Positions 14,631 to 25,861 of a stretch of DNA of 48,213 nt are shown one piece after another. The translations under genes were made by a program, and so were the position numbers. Location: assembly GCF_000485595.1 (NCBI RefSeq), contig NW_014577086.1, positions 502,046 to 550,258 of the forward strand, in the 5' to 3' direction. Below the pieces are notes generated by a model. The model searched no databases, was not told the DNA's origin, and was given only the letters and a program-made list of their open reading frames with translations. Origin of the DNA: Priapulus caudatus (Eukaryota). Position 1 is the first letter of the stretch, and the number at the start of each line of letters is the position of its first letter.

Positions 14631-14985
14631 CTGGGGAGGCATTGCCAGAACAGTGTTTATTTCTAAAACTAAATCCGCCTGTAAAACCCTTTTTTCGCAA
14701 TCGTTGTCACAAGAAATCCTAACTCTGGCTCAAATTCGGATTCCTACGAAGTGTAGAAGATGGGTTAGCCTGTCTATGCGAGATCTTGCGCTGTGGAAAC
14801 AATCGTTAGGCACTGTCTAATTCTCTCCCACAACTCGCAAGGGCTGATGAAACCGACCGTGTGTGACGGTCTAAGCATAGATATATACAAGCAATATGTA
14901 CAAGCAATATATACAATGTGTTTGTAAAATACATATTTTATTTATTTTTGTATATATCTATGATCGAAAGCAAATAAGCGCACAC

Positions 14986-15128
14986 CTGCGAGTAACTGAT
15001 CTTGCGCAACATCATCATCTCTTCCAGCTGTCGAGCAGACGAGCACGAAACTCCTGATTGAAGGGTCCTGCGTACGACAGGAAGCCGTCGCCAGCAGCAC
15101 ATCCCCAGTCAGCCGCTCCCGCTTCATC
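14986..15128 (-). CDS. Dynein exon that should follow exon 2676-2788, found on the opposite strand
   Basis: Minus strand reads cacag|G ATG AAG CGG GAG CGG CTG ACT GGG GAT GTG CTG CTG GCG ACG..., i.e. RLTGDVLLATA(F)LSYAGPFNQEFRARLLDSWK..., with 1-2 single-base indels, and ends CAG|gtgtgc. Phase and spacing fit the CG|gt donor at 2788. No + strand copy is present in the window. Confidence 0.85.
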
Positions 15129-15488
15129 CTGTGCGAGAAGTGTGCGATGAGGGTTTAAAACTCTACGACAGGCGGCGCCTGAGAGTATGGTTTAACTGAG
15201 CGTTCATCGCGTGCCTCCGACCCATTAATCGAAATATACATTGTGCGCGCTAAATCAAGACATGCTACAATGATGTGAGATGTTAAATGAATATTAATAT
15301 ATATCGAATAATAAAGTTAAATAATGAACTAATAATCTAAATATATATTATATCTTATATCTATTATTATTCACTCCTGATATTATCTTGTTTTTATCTT
15401 ATTATTTTCTTTTTCTTGGCGAGAAGCTGAGCAATGAGAATCAATTAGTTGAAAAGAGTAGCTTCCTTGAATATTTGGGTGCACGCAG

Positions 15489-18400
15489 ATATCCGCTGCT
15501 GATTGATCCTCAAGGCCAGGGCAAGCACTGGATCAGAAACAGAGAATCTGGCAATAATCTCCTGGTATGAATACGTTCAACGCTGCCTTGTTAACAATGG
15601 ATCTATCGCAATGTGCTGGAATTTTCGAATATTCTCCTATGTTTTACATTGAATTTTCACACCTATTTACACACAAGAACAGCATGATATTGTTATACCT
15701 TTGAACTTTACAATTGATGTGCTCTAAATGTCAAGAACATTACAAAATATTAACCTGAAAACCGGTGATTGTAGAATGTTTGAGTACCAGCCGACCATTG
15801 GCGCAAAGTCAATTTGGATCGACAATTTTAACACAGTGACACATATCGACGAAAAGGAGCCGTCGAGGACCCGGCCGGACGCTACAACTTTACTGCGAAA
15901 CACTGGATAGATAAACGAGCGGAATTCCGCTTTTTATTCAAGAGTATGATGGCCGACGTACACTTTGTAGCGTGACCTCTCCCTAGAGTATAATTGTCGC
16001 GTTTATCGTATCTAAAACCATTTAGACACAACTTCAAGAGTTTGGACAAAACGTTTAAGAATGATCCTCACACTGTGATACACTCTAGATAACAAGCCTA
16101 AACCACCGGTACTTCAAAGTCAACCTAGAGGACTGCTTGAGCCAGGGTAGGCCTATACTCATCGAGAACCTGGGTGAGGAAATTGACCCAGTTCTCGATA
16201 ACATACTGCAAAAGAACTTCTACAAAGTGGGCGCTTTTCACAAGGTACACAGGTTACTTATGGTCCGAGGTGTCTTTGGCACTAACTCTTATACCATGTC
16301 ATGATGCAAGTGAAATAAATGTCTGACAATGACATGAAGTGTAAATGTCTGGTAAGCCATATATACGTTCTGTCATGACAGAGTACTGTTCGATTTTAAT
16401 TATCAACGGGTTATTTTTTATGCCGATGCTGTTGTTATATCTACGTTATTTGCAGATAGAGAACGGTAAGTGTACTAAAAAGCTAAATTAACTTAACTGC
16501 TATTTTTAACTTGTGTTCTTCATCACAGGTGTCTGTATTGCTATAGCAGTATTTGAATGGGGTTTATGTCACGTTAAATGTAGGAACGACCGAAAACGAG
16601 ACAGTTGTTAGCTACAATATGCTGTTGATCGAATACAGAGTTACTCATGTATAAACATTATAGGCCTAATGAAATTTATATATTGCAATTTTTCTTTAGG
16701 TGAAGCTAGGCGACAAGGAAGTAGATGTGATGAAAGGGTTTGCACTCTATCTGCAGACCGAGCTAGCAAACCCAGTTTACTCACCAGATGTCTCTGCGCG
16801 CACCAACATGATTGACTTCACTGTCACTATGAAGGGACTAGAGGACCAGCTTCTTGGAGTTGTAATTCTTACGGAAAAACAGGTTTGTTGGATGTGATGT
16901 CAGGTGGAGGTGACTTTATTCCTCGGGATTTCAAGACAGGGTTGCTTACATGAGTAAACTGCATGTTAATAATAGATGTTCGTCATTAACAGGAGCTTGA
17001 GGCTGAGCGAAACCAGCTGCTGATACAGATAGCAGCAAATAGAAGACGAATGCAAGAACTAGAGGACACTCTCCTGCATAGGTGGGCACCAATCTGCAGC
17101 TCAGCTGTTTATAGCCATTGGCGTTTTTACGGCTACACGGGCCTTTGACTTACTTCACTACTATTTAATAGTATTTTATCTGCATTCGCTTACAAAAGCA
17201 ACGCGTCACTTAGATGTGCTAGATGTGTCACTAGAATTCTTAAATTAATGAGTATGCTAGCGATATTAGTTAGAGTAGTCCAATACCCGCAGGCTCTCCA
17301 CAGTCGAGGGATCTTTGATCGACGACCAGCAGGTGGTAAGTGTGCTGAAGAGCACCAAGCAGATGGCACTCGAGGTTCAGGAGAAACTGAATGTGGCAGC
17401 GGAGACGGAAGCTAAGATCAATGCTGCTAGAGAAGAGTATAGAGCAGGTAAGGAGTAGTAATGTAGGCATCCCGCTAGTCTCGTTAGACCATGGATTGAA
17501 CAGCCGTTTTTATATGTACAATATTTTGTATGGCTATAAAGGCCAATTCGGGAAATACAAAGATTGTCACAGTCGACGCTCTAGACGGCACTAGTGCTGG
17601 CACTGCTGTTTTTACTACATATAGCGATATGACTATTTGTCCGTAGTTGCCACAAGAGGAAGCATCTTGTACTTTCTCATCACAGAGATGAGTATGGTCA
17701 ACATCATGTACCAAACGTCACTTAAACAGTTCCTAGTTTTGTTTAACGAGTCAATGGCCAAGTCGGCGAAGACCGCTGTTCCGAGCAAGCGCATTGGCAA
17801 CATTATTGACTACATGACATTTAGAGTAAGTTTTGCGCGATGGATTTAGTATGTTTTGAGCCTTTCGCTTGGCATAATGGTGACAGCAACCTGGTTTATA
17901 GTGAGTTTATCGCTAACCCAAACACGCAAACATAAAAATAGAACATGCGAAAGTCACGAAACCCATTAATGAGAAAATACTCAAACTATATAATTAACAT
18001 GTTCAGCACTAAGAGTAGAGTCAATAATACCGCCACATATTGGTCATTTTGCCATGCAGGTGTTTAAGTACGTAACCCAGGGCCTTTACGAGAATGACAA
18101 GTTTCTCTTCACGCTGTTGCTTGCCATCAAGATCAACTTGACGATGGGCACCATCAGCGAGAAAGAGTTTCAGACGTTCATCAAAGGTACGGACGCCATT
18201 GTCATCTTTCGATGGTAATCATGCGGTCGGACGTAACACTATAATTAGTCGCTGCTGCAGCACTTAGAGCGGTGTGCATGTAGTACTTTTGCAACCGTAA
18301 TCTTTGGACTGTTTAATCGAGGCCGTGTTTTGCATGCGCGTATTTGTCAATGAATATGTGCATTACACGATGATGTTTATAGGTGGCGCCGCCTTAGACA

Positions 18401-19951
18401 TGAACTCCGCGGAGCCGAAGCCTAAAAAGTGGATACCAGATATTACCTGGTTGAATCTGGTGCAACTAAGTAATCTCAAACAGTTTCAAAATATACTGGA
18501 TCAGGTATGAGTTCCTTTACCTAGATTAGATTTGCTGGATTTGTATTTAATACGTGCATCTTACAATAGTGCCATTGCCAGACTTGTCTGCTTGCAAGAG
18601 AGGCATAGTAATGATGATACAGCCTGGGTGTGGTGCCTTGGCTCAAGAGGAAGAGTAGTTACCGACAGTTCTATATTACAGAATACACGTCGTCGTGCTA
18701 GTCAACACGAAGTAGAAGCTGCGTATAATAGTGATTGTGAAATGTCCTCGTCATTAATTCCATCAAGTACTTTCTATGGGTCGCCCAAATAATTATACTA
18801 ACTCGTGTGTAATAAATATAGAGTGTATATAATTGGTACTGAACGGCCAGCTAATAATAAAACATGCACCGAGACCGCCACCTCCTGGGTTGCAGTAGGC
18901 CTACACGACGTGACGTGACGCGACGCGACGCGACGTAATGCAACGCAAATACGCAATGCAACGTAACGCAATGCAACGCTATGCGTACGCAGCTACGTAC
19001 GCAGCTACGTGGTATGCGTACGCAGCTAGATTGGATACGAACGTAATGCAATGCAACGTAGTGCAACGTAGTGCAACGTAGTGCAACGTAACATAAAGTA
19101 ACGTAGCGTGGCATAGCATAACGTGACGTATCGTAGCGTGACACTCTCGCTCGGGCTCAATTCACGGAGTATCCGGTGTACGTTGTACGAAGGGGCAGCT
19201 GCATGCATTTTGCTGTGACGCAAGCATTGCTGTGACGTTAACAGTTCTTCGTGCGGCGGTAGGTGACGAGGAATGACAAGGCGTGGAAGACGTGGTACGA
19301 CGAGGATGCACCAGAGGCTTGCACGATCCCTGACGGCTATTCCGCCTCGCTGCTGCCCTTCAGTCGGCTGCTGCTTGTACGCAGCTGGTGTCCCGACCGC
19401 ACAATTGCGCAGTCTAGGAGTTACGTAGCCAGCGCCATCGGCAATAAGGTAGCGCTGCCGCACCGGACCGTGACGTCAGCAACGTCGACGCGAGGCTTCT
19501 AAAAACGCGGGTTTTAAAAATCTGCGTTTGAAAAACGCGTGCATTTGTGTGTTCGTTTCTATTTGCTTGTGTACGCGCATAACCCGGGTTATTTTACGCG
19601 GAGGTATTCGCATAATACCGATTAGTTCACCTTGAGTCAAAGGTCAGTCAGTGGTCAAGGGTGTGGATTTAAGAGCGGATAGACTGGTCTGTCAGTTGAC
19701 AACTTTCCCAGCTGATGGCTGGTGTTCATCGGTTGTACGATATAATTATTATGTTATGTATATGTTATATATCGTTATATATATATATACAATGTTTGCG
19801 ACGCGTGTACACATTGTTTTCATGTACTACACTTGTATTACATGCGTTGTGCATGTATACAATGTTTGTGACGCGTGTACACATTGTTTTCATGTACAAA
19901 CTTGTATTACATTTATTGCACATGTATACAGTGTTTGCGACGTGCGTACAC

Positions 19952-19989
<38 letters not shown>

Positions 19990-22900
19990 TATACAATATT
20001 CTTGTTGGATAAGTGCGAGTTTTGACACGGTGACGCCCTTAAATCATCTAGATCACTGGGTCCTAGCTTACATTGATACATAACGACATTGACGAGGTGT
20101 CGTATGAGACGGTTTGATGAGGATCTAATATCTTAGTGCTAATATTTATTACATATGATATTACGTAATCGCGAATATGTTTTTAAACATGTATAATCAC
20201 CCATACGCGCATTTTCGTATGTTCCCGGCACAGTACACGGAGAGTCTTTTTTTGAACCTGGCCGCTATTTTGGAAGAGTCGGACTGCAGGACGCCATTAG
20301 TCTGTCTGCTGTCTCAGGGCTCTGATCCTTCAGAGGCTATCGCACGTCTCGCAGCAAAATTCGAATTCGGTACGCAGTGATCTTTTAGTGGTTATTTATC
20401 AGTGATGGTAATAAATTCAAATATTTCCTTGGTAGATGAACTAATTTAATGGAGGAAGCTCACTGTCAGTTGGCCCTTATAATAATATTTAACTGCGCCG
20501 CTTGTTTTGAGAACAAGTTTTATGCTCCAGTTCAGATCGCAATCCCAATAATCATTCTTTACATAGATAACTGTAGCTAGAATGTTAAAAGAGAGTTATT
20601 GTGTTTGACAGTATCTCATCTATCTCTGATTAGCTTGTTCCTCGGTATCCATGGGACAAGGCCAAGAACTCCATGCACGCCGTCTTCTGGCTGAGAATAT
20701 GCCAACTGGGGGTTGGATTTTGCTGCAAAACTGTCACCTGGGACTAGAATTCATGAGCGAATTGCTCGAAACGGTAATATACATTTGCGGTCAACATTTT
20801 CAGGAGATCACATATAACGGTGTGGAACTAATAATTTCTTACCAATGAAGGACGTTTATATACACATTAAATGACCAAACGTAGTTTTGATATACGAAAT
20901 TGGAAGGTAGGAAGCCTTTGTATAAGGACCTCGTGATCACAATCGCTGGGCGGAAATAATTTCGGGATAGGACCTGGAATTGAAGCGATGGTTAGATGTT
21001 TTGGGGAAATTAGTAATGATTCTTTCTGTTTATTGAAGCTCTCGACTACCGCAACCGTCCATGAGACATTTCGCTGCTGGATGACCACCGAGATGCATCC
21101 AAAGTTTCCTATCACTATGCTGCAGGCTAGCATCAAATTTACGAACGATCCTCCTATGGGAATCAAAGCCAGCCTGAAGCGAACCTTTGCTCAAATATCA
21201 CAGGTTTGAACAAAAACATCTTCCGGATTGTGATACTCAGCATAATGCTGAGCACATTTAACACGTGACATAACTCGATATATGTTACACGAATCAAAGC
21301 ATTTCACGTTACAGCAGGCGCTGTACTGTTGGACATATTCCTCGTGTTTTTTTCACTTATAAAAATGCCCGTCTAACCAGTAGGCCTATAGAAGTTGACA
21401 GGGGCACCGTACATGTAACCCAACGCTAGCGACTACATGGTGGAAGTGACGACTGACCGATGAATGAGTGACATGGTTTCCAGCGACGGGTTCCCATATT
21501 GCCTGTAAACGTCATTGTTCCAGGACCAGTTGGAGGCCAACAGCGCCGCCCAGTGGAGGCCTATGCTATATACAGTGGCCTTCCTTCACGCCGTCGTGCA
21601 GGAGCGACGTAAGTTCGGTCCGCTTGGCTGGAACATACCCTACGAGTTCAACAACTCGGATTTTACATCTACTGTGCAGTTCATACAGAACCACCTCGAG
21701 GAGGTTAGCCCGAAGAAGGTGAGTGAGTGCGTGGGAAGGGCGGATGTGCATTTTATGCGTTAAATTATGGTAAGACAATCAGCGGGTTTATTTAAAGTAA
21801 AACAGTCTCGTTTCGCCATGCATCGTTTGACTATTTCCGCCTGAGAGGCGAAGAACCTCTCGTCGAAGCTTAAAAATGTTCACGCGATTTCTTTGAGGTT
21901 CCTACCAAAAAACAGGCGCAATCGCACTAATTTCAATTCTCGCCCTTGACGTCGCGCTAAATATAAGAAATGGTAATGAACAATCAGTAACTCAACACCG
22001 TACCTTGTTTTAACGCGTTACATGTCTGCACACTGCACAGTTATCAACCTGGATTAAACTTCCAAATAGACGCTCTAATGTAGACGTTCCATTGCAACCT
22101 GACAGAAGACGTGATTTTTTACAGGGAATCTCCTGGGCGACAGTGCGCTACATGATTGGTGAGGTGCAGTACGGAGGAAGAGTGACCGACGACTTCGACA
22201 AGCGACTCATCAACACCTTTGCACGCGTCTGGTTCAGTGACAGCATGTTCGCGAAGGAATTCGAGTTTCACGAAGGTGTGTAGGCGATTGTAGTATCGAT
22301 GCGCAAAATAGCCGAGTGGCATTGCAACAGAGATGTAGTCTTTAGGTCGTTGAACATAATGCATGTTGGATATAGCTATAATAATTTTCCGTAGACTTTA
22401 TTATACCTCGTTACAAGCGGTATTCACATCAAACGTAGGTCTCTTTGTGCACTCTTCCATTTGTACGCATCCATATTGATATGCCATCACATCAAATACC
22501 AACCAGGGCTAAAACCGATTTAGCACTTACAAACTCCCGTTTCTGCTGGGATTTGAGAGCGTATGTTTCTTCTCTATCACGCGTCATAAGGCCTTACTTA
22601 TTACTGCACGGGTTACACAAGGGTAGTGATTGCCAATACAGCAATCGGGCTTTTAATTGCGATGTGATGTTGTTTTCAGGCTACCAGGTCATTGCATCCA
22701 CGAACATCGAGCAGCTGCGGCTGAGCATTGAGAAACTACCTTCAATGGATTCACCGGAGGTGTTCCGGCTGCACCCCAATGCCAACATTGCGTATGTTCC
22801 CTGCCGACGACGTGGCCCTTCATCAGAACTCTGCAAAGTTTATAACGTGTTCATTACCATCCTCGTATGCGCGGCCGTATTTCTTCTAAGCACAATGCAC

Positions 22901-23846
22901 TGACATGCAACATACATGGCTGCTTTCTACGCATTTTTTTTCAATGGGGAGGAAAGCTTGATGCAACAGTTTCGCGCCACTAAACTCTGTACGATGCACG
23001 TGTTTTCAGCTACCAGACGAATAGGGCCAATAAGATTTTCAGCACCATATTGAATATTCAACCAAAGGACGTGGTCGTCGGTCAGGGAGACACCAGGGAA
23101 ATGATAGTGTACAAGATAGTCACCGATATGTTGCAGAAGCTACCGCACGACTACCAGCCACATCATGTAAGTACACGATTAAAATTCTACATTATATTTA
23201 TCCTTCGCAAGTCGTAAATCTGGTGGCGTATTATATTAACTACACGTGAAGTAACGTTTCGAGGTTATAGGGTGCCGATACGGGCACAGTGTAGATTCGG
23301 CCTGTTTCATCGGCAAGGGACATTCGCTGTCCTATTGAAATTTATTCGAGTATACCTTTTCTTCCGGGCATCCGCTCTAACAGATATTTGCTCACCTTTA
23401 GAGCTGCATTATTACTCGAAGGCATGTTTACCATATTGCGTTGCGCTAAAGGACTTTTAATGTACGCGTGCTCAGGTAAAAGAGCGTCTGAATAAGATGG
23501 GGGCACTGTCGTCTATGACCATCTTCCTGCGGCAGGAGATTGACTGCATGCAGAAGGTGATTAGTACAGTGCGCGCCACACTATGCGACCTCAGGCTTGC
23601 CATCGACGGCACCATCGTAATGAGTGACAGTCTTCGTGGTGCGGTCGACAGTCTCAGCAACGCCATGATCCCAGACATCTGGCTTAGGGTGAGTTGCCGT
23701 ACGTGGCGTCGGAATACACCCAACATGTTCTGATCGGTTTGTAACAGAAATAATAATTCCATACAAAAATACATCAATTGACAAATCTTTATATGCATAA
23801 ATTCAGTGCAATTTAAACTATTATCGATCAATTTATTTATTTATAT

Positions 23847-23885
<39 letters not shown>

Positions 23886-25059
23886 TGTGTTGTGTGTGTG
23901 TGTGTGTGTGTGTGTTGTGTGTGTGTGTGTGTGTGTGTACGTGCGTACGTGGCGTGGCTGCGTGCGTGCGTGCCGTGCGTGCGTGCGTGCGTGCGGGTTT
24001 GTGGACATGTAATAAAATACAGGATAGTGGTGTGGTGATTCAGACTTGAGCTTCGCTGTCTGATTGGGGGATAATGGCATATAGTCATCGGTGATTCCTT
24101 ATTCAAGTTTATTCCATATGTGAATTCTATATGTGATATGAAGTTTACTAAACGGTTGCCTTGATTCGTTAGGTTTCCTGGGAGTCTGCTACCCTGGGAT
24201 TCTGGTTTATGGAATTAATTGAGCGCAACATGCAACTAACAACCTGGCTCGATCACGGCAGACCAAAATGTTTCTGGATGTCTGGTTTCTTTAACCCTCA
24301 GGTATATATAAATAGAGAGAGGTTAGATTCGGCGCGTCTCCACGCTTGTAAGCGAGTCTTGTAAACATATAGAAGGCATAAGCGTTATGAAAAAAACCGA
24401 ATGACTAAACGCAGCTTTCTTGCTTAAACGCGACAGTGATTGTAAGGCGTATCTTTTGTACACAGGGCTTCCTCACGGCCATGAGACAGGAGATCACCAG
24501 AGCTCATAAAGGCTGGTCTCTTGACAAGGTCGTTCTACAGAACGAGGTTACTAAGTGCATGCGAGAGGACATCACGGCGCCCCCGGCAGAAGGCAAATTA
24601 CTCTCGTCTTCGTCGTCTTTCATACTCTCACTCCTGTCTAAACACGGCGGAGTTAGAAATTTTATCGCATGGTTTGGACACTCTGTGATATAAATGAAAT
24701 GTATGCATAATTATGTATGTAAGAAAAATATTTAAATAGGTAATGATAAATTTTTATTTTTGACAGGTGTTTACATCTCGGGTTTGCACCTAGATGGGGC
24801 CTCATGGGACCGCCGCTCTAGCAGGCTCGCCGAACCGATTCCCAAGGTTCTGTTCACGCCGATGCCCGTAGTGCGCATGTATGCAGACGTCGTCGACTCG
24901 ACTACAGGCAGTCAGCAGTTCTACGAGTGCCCCGTCTACAAGAAGCCTAGTCGCACCGGCCTTAACTACATCGCCACGCTCGCGCTCAGCGCAGGAGGAA
25001 TGTCACCCGATCACTGGTGCCTGCGAGGCGTCGCGTTGCTGTGCGACGTGCACACATAG
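15489..25059 (+). CDS. DNAH5: Same dynein heavy chain gene, 20 exons covering AAA5, AAA6 and the C-terminal domain to the stop codon
   Basis: Exons, with phases checked and all compatible: 15489-15564, 16089-16244, 16700-16882, 16993-17081, 17293-17447, 17647-17825, 18060-18186, 18383-18504, 19263-19448, 20234-20369, 20634-20773, 21039-21203, 21524-21718, 22125-22275, 22680-22791, 23010-23166, 23476-23688, 24173-24301, 24466-24592, 24767-25059. Motifs: [119 protein letters not shown] stop. Confidence 0.95.
18905..19142. repeat. Low-complexity pentanucleotide-type repeat (ACGTG/GCAAC/CAACGTAGTG)
   Basis: Tandem short units in a dynein intron; the inverted counterpart is at ~9650-9890. Confidence 0.85.
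19787..19952. repeat. ~70-bp tandem repeat, ~2.3 copies, followed by (TA)n
   Basis: ATACAATGTTTG(C/T)GACGCGTGTACACATTGTTTTCATGTAC...TGCATGT recurs at ~19787, ~19857 and partially at ~19926. Confidence 0.85.
23847..23995. repeat. Compound microsatellite (TA)n(TG)n(TGCG)n
   Basis: Directly visible. Similar compound tracts occur at 1655-1780, 34430-34497 and 37443-37566. Confidence 0.95.
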
Positions 25060-25326
25060 ACCGTGCTGCCACCTGCTTTCTAATAATAATGAAAGTCTAG
25101 ATGTTATCTGTTTTTTTTTAACTCAATGGTAGTGTTCTAGCAATCGCGTGATGATGTGTTCTTGCATATCTATGTGAAGCATTCTGCACAGAGGCTCTAC
25201 ATGTACTACGAATCTCGATCATGTGGACGATTAACTCAAATCTCATGTACAGTTTAGTTGATATCTATTGACTGGGAACGAACCTTCTATGGGCCGCTCG
25301 AGTTGCGTGTTTTAAACTTATCCAAC

Positions 25327-25861
25327 TGTGATGGCCAAGATGTTACTAAATTTTGGGTTTGGAAAGGTTCTATGGAATTATCAAAAACCCCTCCCCCCCC
25401 CACACACACACACTCCGCCTAAAGATACTTTCAATGAAACTAAAACGAAATGTATATATAAGAAATAAAGCTGGTTTTACCTGTATTCGGTAAAACAAAA
25501 TCCAACGTTTTAATTGTCTACATATATACAGATGTCTACATGTTTTAATCGGTGCAACGAAAACTAGCCCCCTTTTCCCTGCATAAGATTTATCAAGGAT
25601 GACGCCATGCTGGTGTTACCCGGGGTCGGGTGGCTGGATCTGCAAGGATGGAGAAGGCGTAAATGATAAATTCAGACGACGAAATCCGGAAACGAAAAGG
25701 GCTTATTGCCACAAAATGGCGAAATGCGATGAACCTATCCAAGAATGCACCGCGCCGCGCGAGACTATTGTCTTTACCACATTAAGACAATAGGCTGTTC
25801 CACATTTTGAGTGACCCCTGTTTTTTCCAAAATTTCTATTACGTCACACCCCCCCCCTTTT
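25327..25861 (-). mobile_element. Polypurine tract and putative 3' LTR of the Gypsy element
   Basis: Minus strand AAAAGGGGGGGGG (25861-25849) is immediately followed by TGTGACG at 25848, the typical PPT-TG junction. The distal end is tentative (...TCACA at 25327) and there is no 5' LTR to compare with. Confidence 0.5.

Larger units (their letters stand above)
3389..15462 (-). other. Inverted, indel-rich copy of the dynein gene region ~15470-23930 plus unique upstream intron/exons; probable mis-oriented raw long read or haplotig
   Basis: Reverse-complement anchors: 4110-4163 = 23639-23688; 12300-12430 = 16681-16790; 13330-13600 = 15641-15900; 14110-14270 = 15475-15625. The interrupted CA tract at 3389-3426 corresponds to the GT tract at ~23870-23940. 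Differences are mostly 1-2 bp indels in both exons and introns. Confidence 0.93.
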
